A stretch of DNA of 64,000 nt from an uncultured Planctomycetota bacterium (GTDB lineage: Bacteria > Planctomycetota > Planctomycetia > Isosphaerales > Isosphaeraceae), in the NCBI GenBank assembly GCA_963737655.1, contig CAVTTN010000002.1, positions 2,432,001 to 2,496,000 of the forward strand, given 5' to 3'. Each line of letters opens with the position of its first letter. Positions within the stretch are counted from its first letter, which is position 1. Shown piece by piece: positions 20,284 through 29,908 of this stretch. The notes beneath the pieces were generated by a model. It did no database searches and was not told the DNA's origin. It worked only from the letters and a program-made list of their open reading frames with translations. The position numbers were made by a program, and so were the translations under genes.

Positions 20284-20836
20284 GCTCGGCTAAAGCCAGG
20301 GCGAATCCGGGGACCACGTCGCCGCCATCGAGCGAGTCGGCCCGGGTCAGGACGCGGACCGAGGTCGGCGACGAATACACGTAAACCTGCTCGGCGACCG
20401 GGAAGATCGCCCAGACGAGGCGGGCCCCCGCGACCAGGTACTCGCGGACCTTGGCCAGGACGTCTTCCGCCGAGTTCCCCTCGCTGATGACCTCGATCGC
20501 CAGATCGGGAGCGAACGGGAACGCGGCCCGCCTGGGCCCCCGGGGGCCGATCGGCCATTTCTCGGCCGAGACGAACGCGAGGTCCGGGCGCCTCCGCAGC
20601 TTGCGGACCGGGTCGAGCGTGAACAGGGCCTCGCTGTAAACGAGACCAATCCCATGATCGAGGGCGAAGCTACCCATTCGGATACACAGGAACGTTCCAA
20701 TCGCTGATTCATCCGCGCCCATCCCCGGGACCTCCACGATCTGGCCATCGACGACCTCATAGAGGACGTCCCCGGCCGGCGGGGCTTCCTCCTCGTCGAG
20801 CGTCGCCGGGATCGGCGTTTCGGTCACCGTCGCCAT
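20237..20836 (-). CDS. Uma2 family endonuclease (array copy A)
   Basis: Same motifs as copy C; GGAGG RBS before the ATG at 20836. Confidence 0.9.
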   Translation of the reverse strand: MATVTETPIPATLDEEEAPPAGDVLYEVVDGQIVEVPGMGADESAIGTFLCIRMGSFALDHGIGLVYSEALFTLDPVRKLRRRPDLAFVSAEKWPIGPRGPRRAAFPFAPDLAIEVISEGNSAEDVLAKVREYLVAGARLVWAIFPVAEQVYVYSSPTSVRVLTRADSLDGGDVVPGFALALAELFGEPVGDDEAGEAE

Positions 20837-20981
20837 CCGTCCGCCTCCTCCGATCGGGCCGGTTCGTGAACCTCCCGATTCTACCGCGCGAGCCGAGATC
20901 GTGTTAGGCTGACGGGCCTTGCGAGGGCCCGGCGAAGGACGCGGGCGGTGGGTGCGGTTCGTGCACCGAATGAGGCGATCC

Positions 20982-21983
20982 ATGACTGAGCGACCGATCA
21001 TCCTTTCGTTGACGGCCATGCAGGAAATCGGCCTGGCGAAGCTCCGCGAGGCGGGGGAGCTTCGGATGGCCTCGTCCCTGGAGCCGGAGGTGCTGTATCG
21101 CGAGATCGCCGACGCCGACGCCCTGGTCATCCGCACCGCCGGGACGATCGATGGCGCCTTGATGGACCATGCGCCGAGGCTCCGGGTGATCGGCCGTCAC
21201 GGGGTCGGTTACGACCAGGTGGACGTCCCCGCCGCGACGGCTCGGGGGATTCAGGTCGTGTACACGCCGGGGGCGAACACCGAGGCCGTCTGCCAGCACG
21301 CGATCGCCTTCCTGATCGGCCTCTCGAAGCACTTCCCCCAGCAGATGGCCAAGCTCCCGGCGGGCAAGTACAACGAGCGGACGAAGCACGTGGGCCGGGA
21401 CCTCACCGGCCGGACCCTCGGCATCGTCGGCTTCGGCCGGATCGGCCGGAGGGTCGGCGAGGTCGCGTTCCGGGCGTTCGGGATGAAGGTGCTGTACACC
21501 GACATCCTCGCCGCCCCGGGCGAAATCGAGGCGAAGGCCGGGGCCCGCCGGGTCCCTCTGGAGGAATTGCTCCGAGAGTCGGAATACGTGACGCTCCACG
21601 TCCCCCTGGACGACTCAACCCGGAGGATGATCGACGCCAGGGCCCTGGCGACGATGAGGCCCGACGCGATCCTGATCAACACCTGCCGGGGGCCGGTCGT
21701 GGACGAAACGGCGGTCGCCGCGGCCCTCGACGCGAAGAAGCTCTGGGGGTATGGCGCCGACGTGTTCGACATCGAGCCCCCGCCGCCCGATCACCCCCTG
21801 ATCGGCCGCCCCGACGTGATGCTCACCCCTCACAGCGCCGCCCAGACGATCGAAAGCCTCACCAACATGGCAAGGGAAGTCGCCGAGGACGTCGTCGGGG
21901 TCCTCCAGGGCCGTCCGCCGATCAACCCGGTGAACGACCCGGTCGAGGTCGCGGCCCATCGCAGGCAAACCTCGGGTGGATGA
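20982..21983 (+). CDS. D-isomer-specific 2-hydroxyacid dehydrogenase (phosphoglycerate dehydrogenase-like)
   Basis: RHGVGYD, GIVGFGRIG, LHVPL, INTCRG, DVFDIEPP, LTPHSA. Confidence 0.9.
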   Translation: MTERPIILSLTAMQEIGLAKLREAGELRMASSLEPEVLYREIADADALVIRTAGTIDGALMDHAPRLRVIGRHGVGYDQVDVPAATARGIQVVYTPGANTEAVCQHAIAFLIGLSKHFPQQMAKLPAGKYNERTKHVGRDLTGRTLGIVGFGRIGRRVGEVAFRAFGMKVLYTDILAAPGEIEAKAGARRVPLEELLRESEYVTLHVPLDDSTRRMIDARALATMRPDAILINTCRGPVVDETAVAAALDAKKLWGYGADVFDIEPPPPDHPLIGRPDVMLTPHSAAQTIESLTNMAREVAEDVVGVLQGRPPINPVNDPVEVAAHRRQTSGG

Positions 21984-21991
21984 ATGACCGT

Positions 21992-22131
21992 GTAGGGTGC
22001 ATGAAATGCACCAATCCCCCGATGCGGGCGAGGCCCGCAACCTTCTCCTCTTCCCATCGATGACCGACGGAAGAGAGGACGGTTGCGGGCCTCGCCCGCG
22101 TCGGGGGATTGGTGCATTTCATGCACCCTAC
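21992..22131. repeat. REPIN: 140-bp inverted pair of REP family A between convergent genes
   Basis: GTAGGGTGCATGAAATGCACCAATCCCCCGA... and its reverse complement; arms about 50 bp. Confidence 0.9.
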
Positions 22132-22868
22132 TTGAGATATTTATCCAGGAATGCCAGCGCCCGCTTGCCGGAGTCCTCGCCGAGGGGGCCGTGCCCCTTG
22201 CCTTCGTAGATCTTGACCTCGTGGTCGATCTTGTGCTTTTCCAGGAGGGCCTTGAGCTTCTCCGCCTCCTTCACCGGGACGACCACGTCGGCGTCTCCGT
22301 GGAGGACCAGGGTCGGCGGGAGCTTGCCGGCCTTCTCGACGAGGCTCTCGGGCAGGCCGCCGAAGTATTCGACGACGACCTTGATCCTCGGGTCGATCGT
22401 GGCGTTGGACAGCGCCAGGTACGCCCCGAGCGAGAAGCCGACGAAGCCGATCTTCTCCGGGTTCACGTCGGGCCGCTTCGAGGCGAAATCGACCGTGTCA
22501 TTGATCGTCTCCATCCAGGGCACGAACTCGTCCTTCATGGCCTTCGGGTCGGCCGTCTTGCGATCGGTGCGGTCGAAGTAGTGGGGGACGAGGGCGACGT
22601 ATCCCTGCTTCGCCAGCTCTCGGGCGGTCACTCGGAAGGCCAGGCCCCCGCCGATCAGCTCCATCCCTCCAGACCCGTGGAGGACGAGCACCGCCGGATG
22701 CTTCCCCTCCTCGCCCTTCGGCGCGAAGACCTCCACGGCGATCTTCTTGCCGTGGCTCTCGAACGTCTCGTTCGTCTCCCGGACCTCGCCCCCGAACGAG
22801 GCCGGGGCGGTCGTCAATCCGATCAGGATCAGGGCGAGGGGGATCATCATCCGTAATGTCAATGTCAT
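22128..22868 (-). CDS. Dienelactone hydrolase family alpha/beta hydrolase, secreted
   Basis: Signal peptide; VLHGSGG, GFSLG nucleophile elbow, LHGDAD, GKGHG. Confidence 0.85.
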   Translation of the reverse strand: MTLTLRMMIPLALILIGLTTAPASFGGEVRETNETFESHGKKIAVEVFAPKGEEGKHPAVLVLHGSGGMELIGGGLAFRVTARELAKQGYVALVPHYFDRTDRKTADPKAMKDEFVPWMETINDTVDFASKRPDVNPEKIGFVGFSLGAYLALSNATIDPRIKVVVEYFGGLPESLVEKAGKLPPTLVLHGDADVVVPVKEAEKLKALLEKHKIDHEVKIYEGKGHGPLGEDSGKRALAFLDKYLK

Positions 22869-22966
22869 GGCCGGTGTCCGCGATCCTCGGGGGATTCCGG
22901 GCAGGTCTGGCGACGCGGAGGAGAATCCTCGCGGACCCCCGGCCCGGTTTCAAGCCCGAACCCGCG

Positions 22967-23641
22967 TCATTTCTCGGATTTCGCGGCGGCCTTGACCGGG
23001 ACTTGCACTTCCCAGAGCCGCCGGGCCACCGGGGTCATGGGGCCGTGGTAGCCGATCCGCCGAGGGGCGCCGTCGGCGACCCACTCCGCCTTGTGCGCCT
23101 CCAGCCACTTGCGGAGGGTGGCGAGGCCGTCGCGCATCTCCCGGTCGTTCATCCCGCCCTGGACGCCCAGGCAGACGAATTTTTGCTCGGGGTGATCGAC
23201 GACCTCGACCATCGCCCCGTCCTTGCCCGCCTTGCCGATCGAGGGCTCTCGGTAGACGAACTCCATCGAGACTTCCCCCTTCGCCCCCGGGGTCTCGATC
23301 ACGGCCGGGGTCGGGAACGTGCTGATGACCGGGGCGGTCATCTCCACATGGTTCTTCTCGATGTGATTGAACAGGGGCCAGAACAGCATGTCGCCGGAGC
23401 CCATCGTGGCCTTTTCGACCTTCGCCACGGCGCCTCGATAGGCGGGATAGGTCTTGACCTCGATCTCGCCCGGTTTGGTCGCGGCGGGGAAGTCCTTCGC
23501 GAGCGGGGCATCGCCGTCGGCCGGCTTGGGCTCGACCTTCGCGGGACCGGCCGGCGGCTTGGGCTCATCGGCCCGGGCCGGAGCGGCCATCCCCATCAGA
23601 ACCACCATCACGGCGAGAGACCGAAGGCGGGACCGCGGCAT
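22967..23641 (-). CDS. SOUL-type heme-binding protein, secreted
   Basis: Signal peptide; IEVKTYPAYR, FWPLFNHI, EMTAPV, MEFVY, GYHGP. Confidence 0.75.
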   Translation of the reverse strand: MPRSRLRSLAVMVVLMGMAAPARADEPKPPAGPAKVEPKPADGDAPLAKDFPAATKPGEIEVKTYPAYRGAVAKVEKATMGSGDMLFWPLFNHIEKNHVEMTAPVISTFPTPAVIETPGAKGEVSMEFVYREPSIGKAGKDGAMVEVVDHPEQKFVCLGVQGGMNDREMRDGLATLRKWLEAHKAEWVADGAPRRIGYHGPMTPVARRLWEVQVPVKAAAKSEK

Positions 23642-24072
23642 CGGAGGGTCTCCTCAAGCCCCGGGGACGGGCCCCGGGTGGGACGTCGGCGGGATTCCCC
23701 AATGGAGACGACTTAGGCGGCGAACGCCGATCGTCAAGGGGCCCCGGGCCACCGACCCCAGAGCCCTCTTTTTTCCCAATCCGCGAGGGTCTGCCAGGAC
23801 GTTGTCACTGGTAGGGCATAGGGTCCCCTCGGATCGCCGGGATACGGGGCCGGGGGCTAGGCGATGGAGCCCGCCCGGCCCCGTCCCGGCGGTCCGACCG
23901 GAGACCAGCCGGTCGGCACTGGTTGGGAAGAGCCACCGAAGAGATCGGACCACCCGCAGATCGCCGGGCAACCGCCCCGATGGGCCGGACCGCGCCGGGA
24001 CTGGCGGCCGGGCCCTCGGCCGAGACGCTTCGGGACCCGCGCCACCCCCGGTTCTCAATGAGGAGACGCCCC

Positions 24073-24411
24073 ATGAGCCTGAATACCGCCGCCCCCGCCC
24101 CCGCCGCGATGGCCCCCATCGACCCCGCCTCTCGAGATTGGTCGGATCGTCGCGCCTCGGCCCAGGCCCTCCGGGCCGCCCAGGCCCGCCACGCCAGCGG
24201 CCGTCGCCGGTTCGTCGATCCGGCCACGTGCGAGCGCGACTACTCGGCCGCCGAGATGGAGTTCATGCAGGCCATGCAGGACTACAAGGCCAGCAGCGGC
24301 CGGATGTTCCCCACGTGGAGCGAGGTCCTCGAAGTCCTCCTGGACCTCGGCTACGAGAAGCCGTTCGAGTCCCGGCTGGAAGGCGAAGCCCCCCGAGTCG
24401 CCGCGGGGTGA
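24073..24411 (+). CDS. Small conserved planctomycete hypothetical protein
   Basis: [49 protein letters not shown]. Confidence 0.75.
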   Translation: MSLNTAAPAPAAMAPIDPASRDWSDRRASAQALRAAQARHASGRRRFVDPATCERDYSAAEMEFMQAMQDYKASSGRMFPTWSEVLEVLLDLGYEKPFESRLEGEAPRVAAG

Positions 24412-24432
24412 GGCCGGGATCACCAATCGCCT

Positions 24433-24465
24433 CAACGTAGGGTGGGCGAATTCCGCCCTACGTTG
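24433..24465. repeat. Short GTAG-type palindrome between convergent genes (REP-like, possible terminator)
   Basis: CAACGTAGGGTGG-GCGAATT-CCGCCCTACGTTG; contains the TAG stop of the MFS gene. Confidence 0.6.
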
Positions 24466-25780
24466 GGGAATCGCCGATCCCGCCGCCCTCGACCTTCGGC
24501 ACGATCAGCCAGCAGGCCGCCGTCGTCGCCGCGCCGAGGGCCACCAGCGCCGAGAATGCCGGCCGTTGTCCCCACTGGTCCGACGCCCAGCCGTAGAACC
24601 GACCGCCCAGCCAGCCCGAGCCGGTCGTGGCGAGGTTCTCGATCGACATCAACAGGGCGAAGGCCGTCCCGGCCGCTTCGGGCGGGCAGCTCCGCGCCGC
24701 CAGGTCGAGCTGGATCAACGTGGCGGTCATGTACGTCAGGCCGACGGCGATCGTGATGGCGATCGCCGAGGCCCGGTTCTCGGTCAGGAGCGCGTAACAG
24801 GCCGTCGAGACGACCCCGAGCACGATCGAAAACCGGACCATCCTCGCCATCGGCACCGACCGAGCCAGAAAACCGTAAGCGATGCTCGCCGCCACGCACG
24901 CCGCGGCGAGGATCGTGACGGTCTGCCCGTAGAACGACTGGGACAGGCCCAGGGCCCCGGTCATGTGGAGGTGCAGCACCCCCTGAGAAAACGGGTTGAA
25001 GTTCCACAGGAACAGGAACGCGGCCACCCGCTGGAGGCCCGGGGTCCTCGCGGCCCCCACCAGCGTCCTCCAGGCCGCCCGGCCGGTCCGGGGCGACGAC
25101 GGCTCCTCCCTCACGAACGCCACGGCCAGGACGAGCGTGAGGAGCGACAGTCCCCCGCAGATCGCGAACCCGAGGCGCTCGACCTTGTTCTCCGAGAGCC
25201 ACCCGCCGACGATCCCCACGGCCATCGTCGCCGCCCAAAGGCAGCCCCACTGGACGCTCTGGAGAGTCCCGGTGATCCCCCGAGGGCGGCCCGCCTCGAT
25301 CATCAGGGCGTCGGCCACCACGTCGGCAAACGCGATCGCCGCCGTCGGCACCACCAGGCAGCACAACAAGGCCGCCTCGCCCCCCCGGCCGATCGGCAGG
25401 ACCCCCGCCGCGAGGAGTCCGATCGCCGATGCGGCGGAGGTGAGGATCAGGTAGGAGCGCCTCCGCGACCCGAACAACGGGACGGCGTCGGTCAGGAGCC
25501 CGAACAGCGGCTTCAGCGACCACGGGATGGCCACGATCGCCGCGAAGTCCGTGACCTGCGCGTCGGAGCGGCCCCAGGACTTCAGCAGAGACCGCACCGG
25601 CTGGGCCACCAGCCCTTCGGTCGGCTCGCCCACGCCCTGGACGAAGTAGATCGCGCCGAAGAGGAGGCCCAGGCCGACCACCTCCCGGCTCGGCGCGTTG
25701 CGGATGGGCCTCATCGCCGGGGCGTCCCGTAGAAGGGAGTCACGGCCGGACCGACCGGGCGTAGGGGACGCTGAAGACAT
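24458..25780 (-). CDS. MFS transporter, BT1 folate/biopterin family
   Basis: YFVQG, PWSLKPLFGLLTDAVPLFGSRRRSY, FADVVADALM, LAARSCP; about 12 TM; start uncertain. Confidence 0.8.
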   Translation of the reverse strand: MSSASPTPGRSGRDSLLRDAPAMRPIRNAPSREVVGLGLLFGAIYFVQGVGEPTEGLVAQPVRSLLKSWGRSDAQVTDFAAIVAIPWSLKPLFGLLTDAVPLFGSRRRSYLILTSAASAIGLLAAGVLPIGRGGEAALLCCLVVPTAAIAFADVVADALMIEAGRPRGITGTLQSVQWGCLWAATMAVGIVGGWLSENKVERLGFAICGGLSLLTLVLAVAFVREEPSSPRTGRAAWRTLVGAARTPGLQRVAAFLFLWNFNPFSQGVLHLHMTGALGLSQSFYGQTVTILAAACVAASIAYGFLARSVPMARMVRFSIVLGVVSTACYALLTENRASAIAITIAVGLTYMTATLIQLDLAARSCPPEAAGTAFALLMSIENLATTGSGWLGGRFYGWASDQWGQRPAFSALVALGAATTAACWLIVPKVEGGGIGDSPT

Positions 25781-25906
25781 ATCGGACACTCCTTCGGAAG
25801 CGCCTCCCCCGGCGTCTCCCCGGGAGATCGCGTCGGGGCGCCGATCGTGGCGTCCGGCCCTGTCCACCATCCGTCGCGACTGGCGATTCTACCCCGGAGG
25901 GACGCG

Positions 25907-26739
25907 ATGCTCGACCCGAGCGATCGCCGCCGAGCCGATCGATATCAGCTATTACGGGCCCCCGGGGCCCCGCCAACCTGGCAACTCCGGGGCGCCCCGG
26001 ACCGCTCGCCGTTCTTCCTTCGAGAGAGCCCCCTCCGGGCGCCGAGACCGCCAGGTCCCCGGCCCCCGAGGCCTCGCCGTTCGGCCTCCACCCCGACTCC
26101 ACGGCCGCCCGCCTGCTCCGCAACCGGCCCGACCCCCTGGCCGCGCTCCTCGCCCAGTACCTCCAGGCCGAGGACGAACCCGAAGAGGAAGACGAGGAAG
26201 ACGATTCGGCCCTGTCGGTCTGCCGGACCGCCCTGTTCGACCGCTCGAAGCGGGAATCGGACCCCGACCGCTACATGGACCCGGCCGACATGCCGTTCCT
26301 GACCCTCTCCACCCGCCGGACGTTCCGCCGGACCGGCGTGACCCTCGGCGATTACGCCGTGGTCCTCGCCCCCCGGACCGGCCGTCTCTGCCTGGCCGTC
26401 GTCGGCGACTCCTCCGACCTGCCGAGCATCCAGCCCTCTCCGTTCATCGCCGAGGCCCTCGGCACCAGGGAAGCCCCCGATCGCCTGATCTACCTGGTCT
26501 TCCCCGGCTCCGGCCTGGGGCAGGGGACGATTCCGACCCTCGAACAGATCCAACGGCGAGGCGCCCGGCTCTTCAACCGAGGGGTCGTCCCCTCCTTCGG
26601 CCCCGACGCCGCCCCGAGGAGCGACGCCGCGATGGCCCCCCACTGGAACCTGATCCTCGCCGACGCCTTCGGAGAGGTCCTCAAGACCGCCGCCCCCGTC
26701 GATCGGACCCTCCGAATCGCGAGGTTGGCCCCGGCCTGA
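25907..26739 (+). CDS. GH75 chitosanase-like protein, degenerate; frameshift near 26020-26040
   Basis: RYMDPADMPF...GVTLGDYAVV...AVVGD...IAEALG...IYLVFPGSG resembles the GH75 C-terminal half; N-terminus is in another frame. Confidence 0.45.
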
Positions 26740-26775
26740 CGCGAGCGGGGCGGGGTCGCGCTCCGAACAATCCGG

Positions 26776-27258
26776 CTATAAAGGCTCGACTCGCCGGAGC
26801 CATCGTCTCCAGCGCGGAACCCAATCTCGCGGATCGTCGCGGAACCCCGACTTCTCCAAACGGCGGAGCTCGGCGAAGCTCTCCCCGAGCGGGCCTTTCA
26901 ACTTTCCCCAGGCCATCGCGAACGCCGGCTTCTTGAAGTTCGACCGCATCCCCTGGCACCAGTTCCGCCAGGTCGTTCGGGAGACGCGCCCGGCCATCCT
27001 CAAGAAGGCCTGTTCGTTCGAGAGGTCCAGATAGCGAAAGATGATCGAGGTCGTCTCCTTCTCCTGGTCCTCGGCGAGGGCCCCGTTCAAGAGCGCCTCG
27101 ACCGGCAGGGCACGCATCAGGTCACGATATTCCCGGGAGAGTTCATCCTCGAAATCGGTCCGGGATTGCTGGGCTGACTGGCGGAGCTGCCAGGCGGCCA
27201 CGAGGACGGCCACTGCCGTCCCGATCGACCCGATCGCGGACCAGTCGATCATGCTCAT
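26776..27258 (-). CDS. Hypothetical protein with N-terminal TM helix (DUF4760/DUF6082-like)
   Basis: WSAIGSIGTAVAVLVAAWQL TM then RYLDLSNEQAFLR..GRV...W..W. Confidence 0.65.
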   Translation of the reverse strand: MSMIDWSAIGSIGTAVAVLVAAWQLRQSAQQSRTDFEDELSREYRDLMRALPVEALLNGALAEDQEKETTSIIFRYLDLSNEQAFLRMAGRVSRTTWRNWCQGMRSNFKKPAFAMAWGKLKGPLGESFAELRRLEKSGFRDDPRDWVPRWRRWLRRVEPL

Positions 27259-27267
27259 GGTCCCCTC

Positions 27268-28017
27268 TCACTTCTCCTCGACCAGCCAGATATTCCGGTA
27301 CTGGACGGGGTTGCCGTGGTCCTGGAGGTGGATCGGCCCGGGGGTGCAGGGGTCTCCTCCGAGGCCGGCGACCGTGTTGTCGATCGGGATCTCCACGTCC
27401 TTGTGGATCGTCTGGCCGTTCTGGACGACCGTGATCCGGGCGTTCTTCGTCTTCTTGCCGTCCTGGCAGGTCGGGGCGGTGAAGTCGATGTCGTAGGATT
27501 GCCAGACGGTCGGCGCCTTGCAGGCGTTCACCAGGGGCTTGGCGACCTTGTAGATGCCTCCGCAGTCGTTGTCCTGGCTGTCCAGGCCGTAGCTGTCGAG
27601 GACCTGGACCTCGTAGCGGCCCTGGAGGTACACGCCGGAGTTGCCCCGCCCCTGCCCTGTGGATGTGGGCATGTAAGGCACCCGGAACTCGACATGAAGC
27701 TTGAAGTGGCCGTCGAACGCCTTCTTCGTCTTGATCCCGCTCCCCTGGACCTGCATCGCCCCGCCGTCCACGAGCTTCCAGGGGCAGGGCTTGCCGTCGA
27801 CGGAGAGCCACTGGTCGGTGTTCTTGCCGTCGAACAGGACGACGGCCCCGGCCGGCGGGGGCACGGTCGCGACGTCCTTGCCGTCCTCGGGCTTCGCCAG
27901 CTTCAGGCCGGTGATGTCCCCATAAAAGCCGTCCTGATCCCTCGGGGTCGCGAACGAGACGGAGGCGAAGGCGAAGGCCAGGGCCAGGGCGGCCGGAGCG
28001 AGGAATCGGGCGCTCAT
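27268..28017 (-). CDS. DUF1080 / 3-keto-disaccharide hydrolase family, secreted
   Basis: VLFDGK, LHVEF, RGNSGVYLQGRYEVQVLDS, IHLQDHGNPVQYRNIW. Confidence 0.9.
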   Translation of the reverse strand: MSARFLAPAALALAFAFASVSFATPRDQDGFYGDITGLKLAKPEDGKDVATVPPPAGAVVLFDGKNTDQWLSVDGKPCPWKLVDGGAMQVQGSGIKTKKAFDGHFKLHVEFRVPYMPTSTGQGRGNSGVYLQGRYEVQVLDSYGLDSQDNDCGGIYKVAKPLVNACKAPTVWQSYDIDFTAPTCQDGKKTKNARITVVQNGQTIHKDVEIPIDNTVAGLGGDPCTPGPIHLQDHGNPVQYRNIWLVEEK

Positions 28018-28571
28018 CGGGGCGTCTCCGGGGAGGGGAGAAATCGGTTCGCGGGGATCTCGGGCGAGGGGCCTATCCTGGCCCGTCGGTCCGGGGAAAT
28101 CAACCCTCGGGTCCGGCCGATCCGGGACGCGACGCCTCTCGCGATTGCGCCGAGGGATCGCCCGGAATCCGGCGGTCCGGAGATGGTCCGGCCGATCCGG
28201 GGGAGCCGATAGATCGACGGACGACCGCGAGAGGGCGGCCCGAGGAATCGGGGCGCGGGCCGTCCTGGCCGGGCCGGGTCTGTTCATGCGCGCGTCGGAC
28301 CTTCGCCGGGCCTCCCGGGCGTCCCCGGCCTCGGGGGGGGTGGGCGAGGGAAAAAGGGCGCCGGGCGCGAAAATTCCGGGAAGCCGGCCGGAAGGACTTA
28401 AGTGGTGAACCGGCCTCGCGCCGCCGATGCCATCTCGGCGACGCAACCGCCCTTGGAGGGCCGGTCGCCGGGAAAAAATCCTTGCGTGATGGGGCCGCGT
28501 CGGTAAGTTCGTTCCATCCTGCCGACCGGGCCCCTCTGGCCCGGAACGAGTCCCGAAGGAGCCTTGCCACG

Positions 28572-29762
28572 ATGCCTCAATCGACCCGCATCCGCCGGTC
28601 CCGGGGTTGCTTGCTCGGCCTGGCCGTCGGCGATGCGCTGGGGGGCCCCCTGGAGGGCCTCAGCGCCCAGCAAGTCCGGACCCACTACGGTCTCGTGACG
28701 GGCTACGTCGATGGGGTCCTCGCCTGGAAGAAGAAGCCCTACCGCTGGAGGATGCCGGGCCTCTACACCGACGACACCCAGCAGGCCCTGGCCCTGGCCG
28801 ACGTCCTGCTGGACCGCGGATCGGCCGATGCCTCGCAGCTCGCCGCGCTGTACCTGGCCCTGGCCTCGCCCAAGGGGGCCTATCTCGGGGCCCACCGGGG
28901 CGTGGGCAAGAGCTTCCGCCTGGTCCTGGGCGACCTGGAGCGAGGCGTGGATCCCCGGCTGACGGGCCAGTCCTCGGCGGGCGTCGGCGCCGCGATGAGG
29001 ATCGCCCCGGCCGCCCTGTTCTTCGGACCCGACGAGCCCGACGCCCTGTTCGACACCGTGATGGCCGCCAGCCTGATGACCCATCGGGACGTCCGAAGCC
29101 TCGCCGGCGCCTTCGCGGTGACGTCGGCCGTTGGCCGGCTCCTGGACGGCGCCGAGAGGACCCCCGGCCTGCTCCTCCGGGTGGCCGGCGACGTCAAGGC
29201 GGCCGAGGATCGCATCCTCGCCGAATTCGGCGACGTCGTGGCCTCCGCCGACGCCCACCCCCACGCCGTCTCCTCCGCCCTGGCCCACGCCGAGAGCGTC
29301 CTGGACGGCCCCCGAGACCGCGCCCTGGCCGCCATCATCGAGGAAGCCAACCGCCACGGCGCCGAACCCGCCTGCCGACGCCCCACGATGGGCTTCCCCC
29401 CCGCCTGCCTGCCCACCTGCCTGTACGTCCTCCTGACCACCGACTCGTTCGAGGACGCCGTCCTGGAAGTCGTCAACCTCGGCGGAGACGCCGACACCGC
29501 CGGCGCCATCCTCGGCGCCCTGGCCGGCGCCCACTACGGCGAATCGGCCATCCCGGCCAGGCTCCTCGACGGCCTCCACAACCGGGACGGAGTCGCCCTC
29601 CGGGCCGAGGCCCTCGCCCAACGCTCCCGAAACGGCCTCGACCCCATCCCCGACCTCGTCGAGACCGAGCGCCGCCTCAGCGACCTCGAAGCCATGTGCC
29701 GGGACGACCTCCTGGCCCTCCGCCAGAACGGCGGAGACCTCGGCGCCAATCGGCGGATCTGA
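28572..29762 (+). CDS. ADP-ribosylglycohydrolase family protein
   Basis: GLAVGDALG, YTDDTQQ, GAAMRIAP, GGDADTAGAILGALAGA. Confidence 0.9.
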   Translation: MPQSTRIRRSRGCLLGLAVGDALGGPLEGLSAQQVRTHYGLVTGYVDGVLAWKKKPYRWRMPGLYTDDTQQALALADVLLDRGSADASQLAALYLALASPKGAYLGAHRGVGKSFRLVLGDLERGVDPRLTGQSSAGVGAAMRIAPAALFFGPDEPDALFDTVMAASLMTHRDVRSLAGAFAVTSAVGRLLDGAERTPGLLLRVAGDVKAAEDRILAEFGDVVASADAHPHAVSSALAHAESVLDGPRDRALAAIIEEANRHGAEPACRRPTMGFPPACLPTCLYVLLTTDSFEDAVLEVVNLGGDADTAGAILGALAGAHYGESAIPARLLDGLHNRDGVALRAEALAQRSRNGLDPIPDLVETERRLSDLEAMCRDDLLALRQNGGDLGANRRI

Positions 29763-29830
29763 CACGATCCCGGGGCAACGATCGGCGTCCCGGGCCGATC
29801 GTTGCCCCTCCTGCCTTCGCCCACTTCGCC

Positions 29831-29860
29831 TTGCCAGCGACTCGAAGCAGCCGCTAGAGT
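29831..29860 (+). promoter_or_regulatory. Putative sigma70 promoter for mnmA
   Basis: TTGCCA-N18-TAGAGT, 48 bp upstream of the ATG. Confidence 0.35.
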
Positions 29861-29908
29861 GGGGGGACGAAACCAGTCGTCCCGTTCCCTCCGAGAGATT
29901 GGCGAGCG

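Noticed and set aside
19377..20708. Diversity-generating retroelement TR/VR pair in the Uma2 genes
   Set aside because: Mismatches are not confined to adenines on either strand (e.g. GTG/TCA, TCG/AGC), and no reverse transcriptase is in the window.
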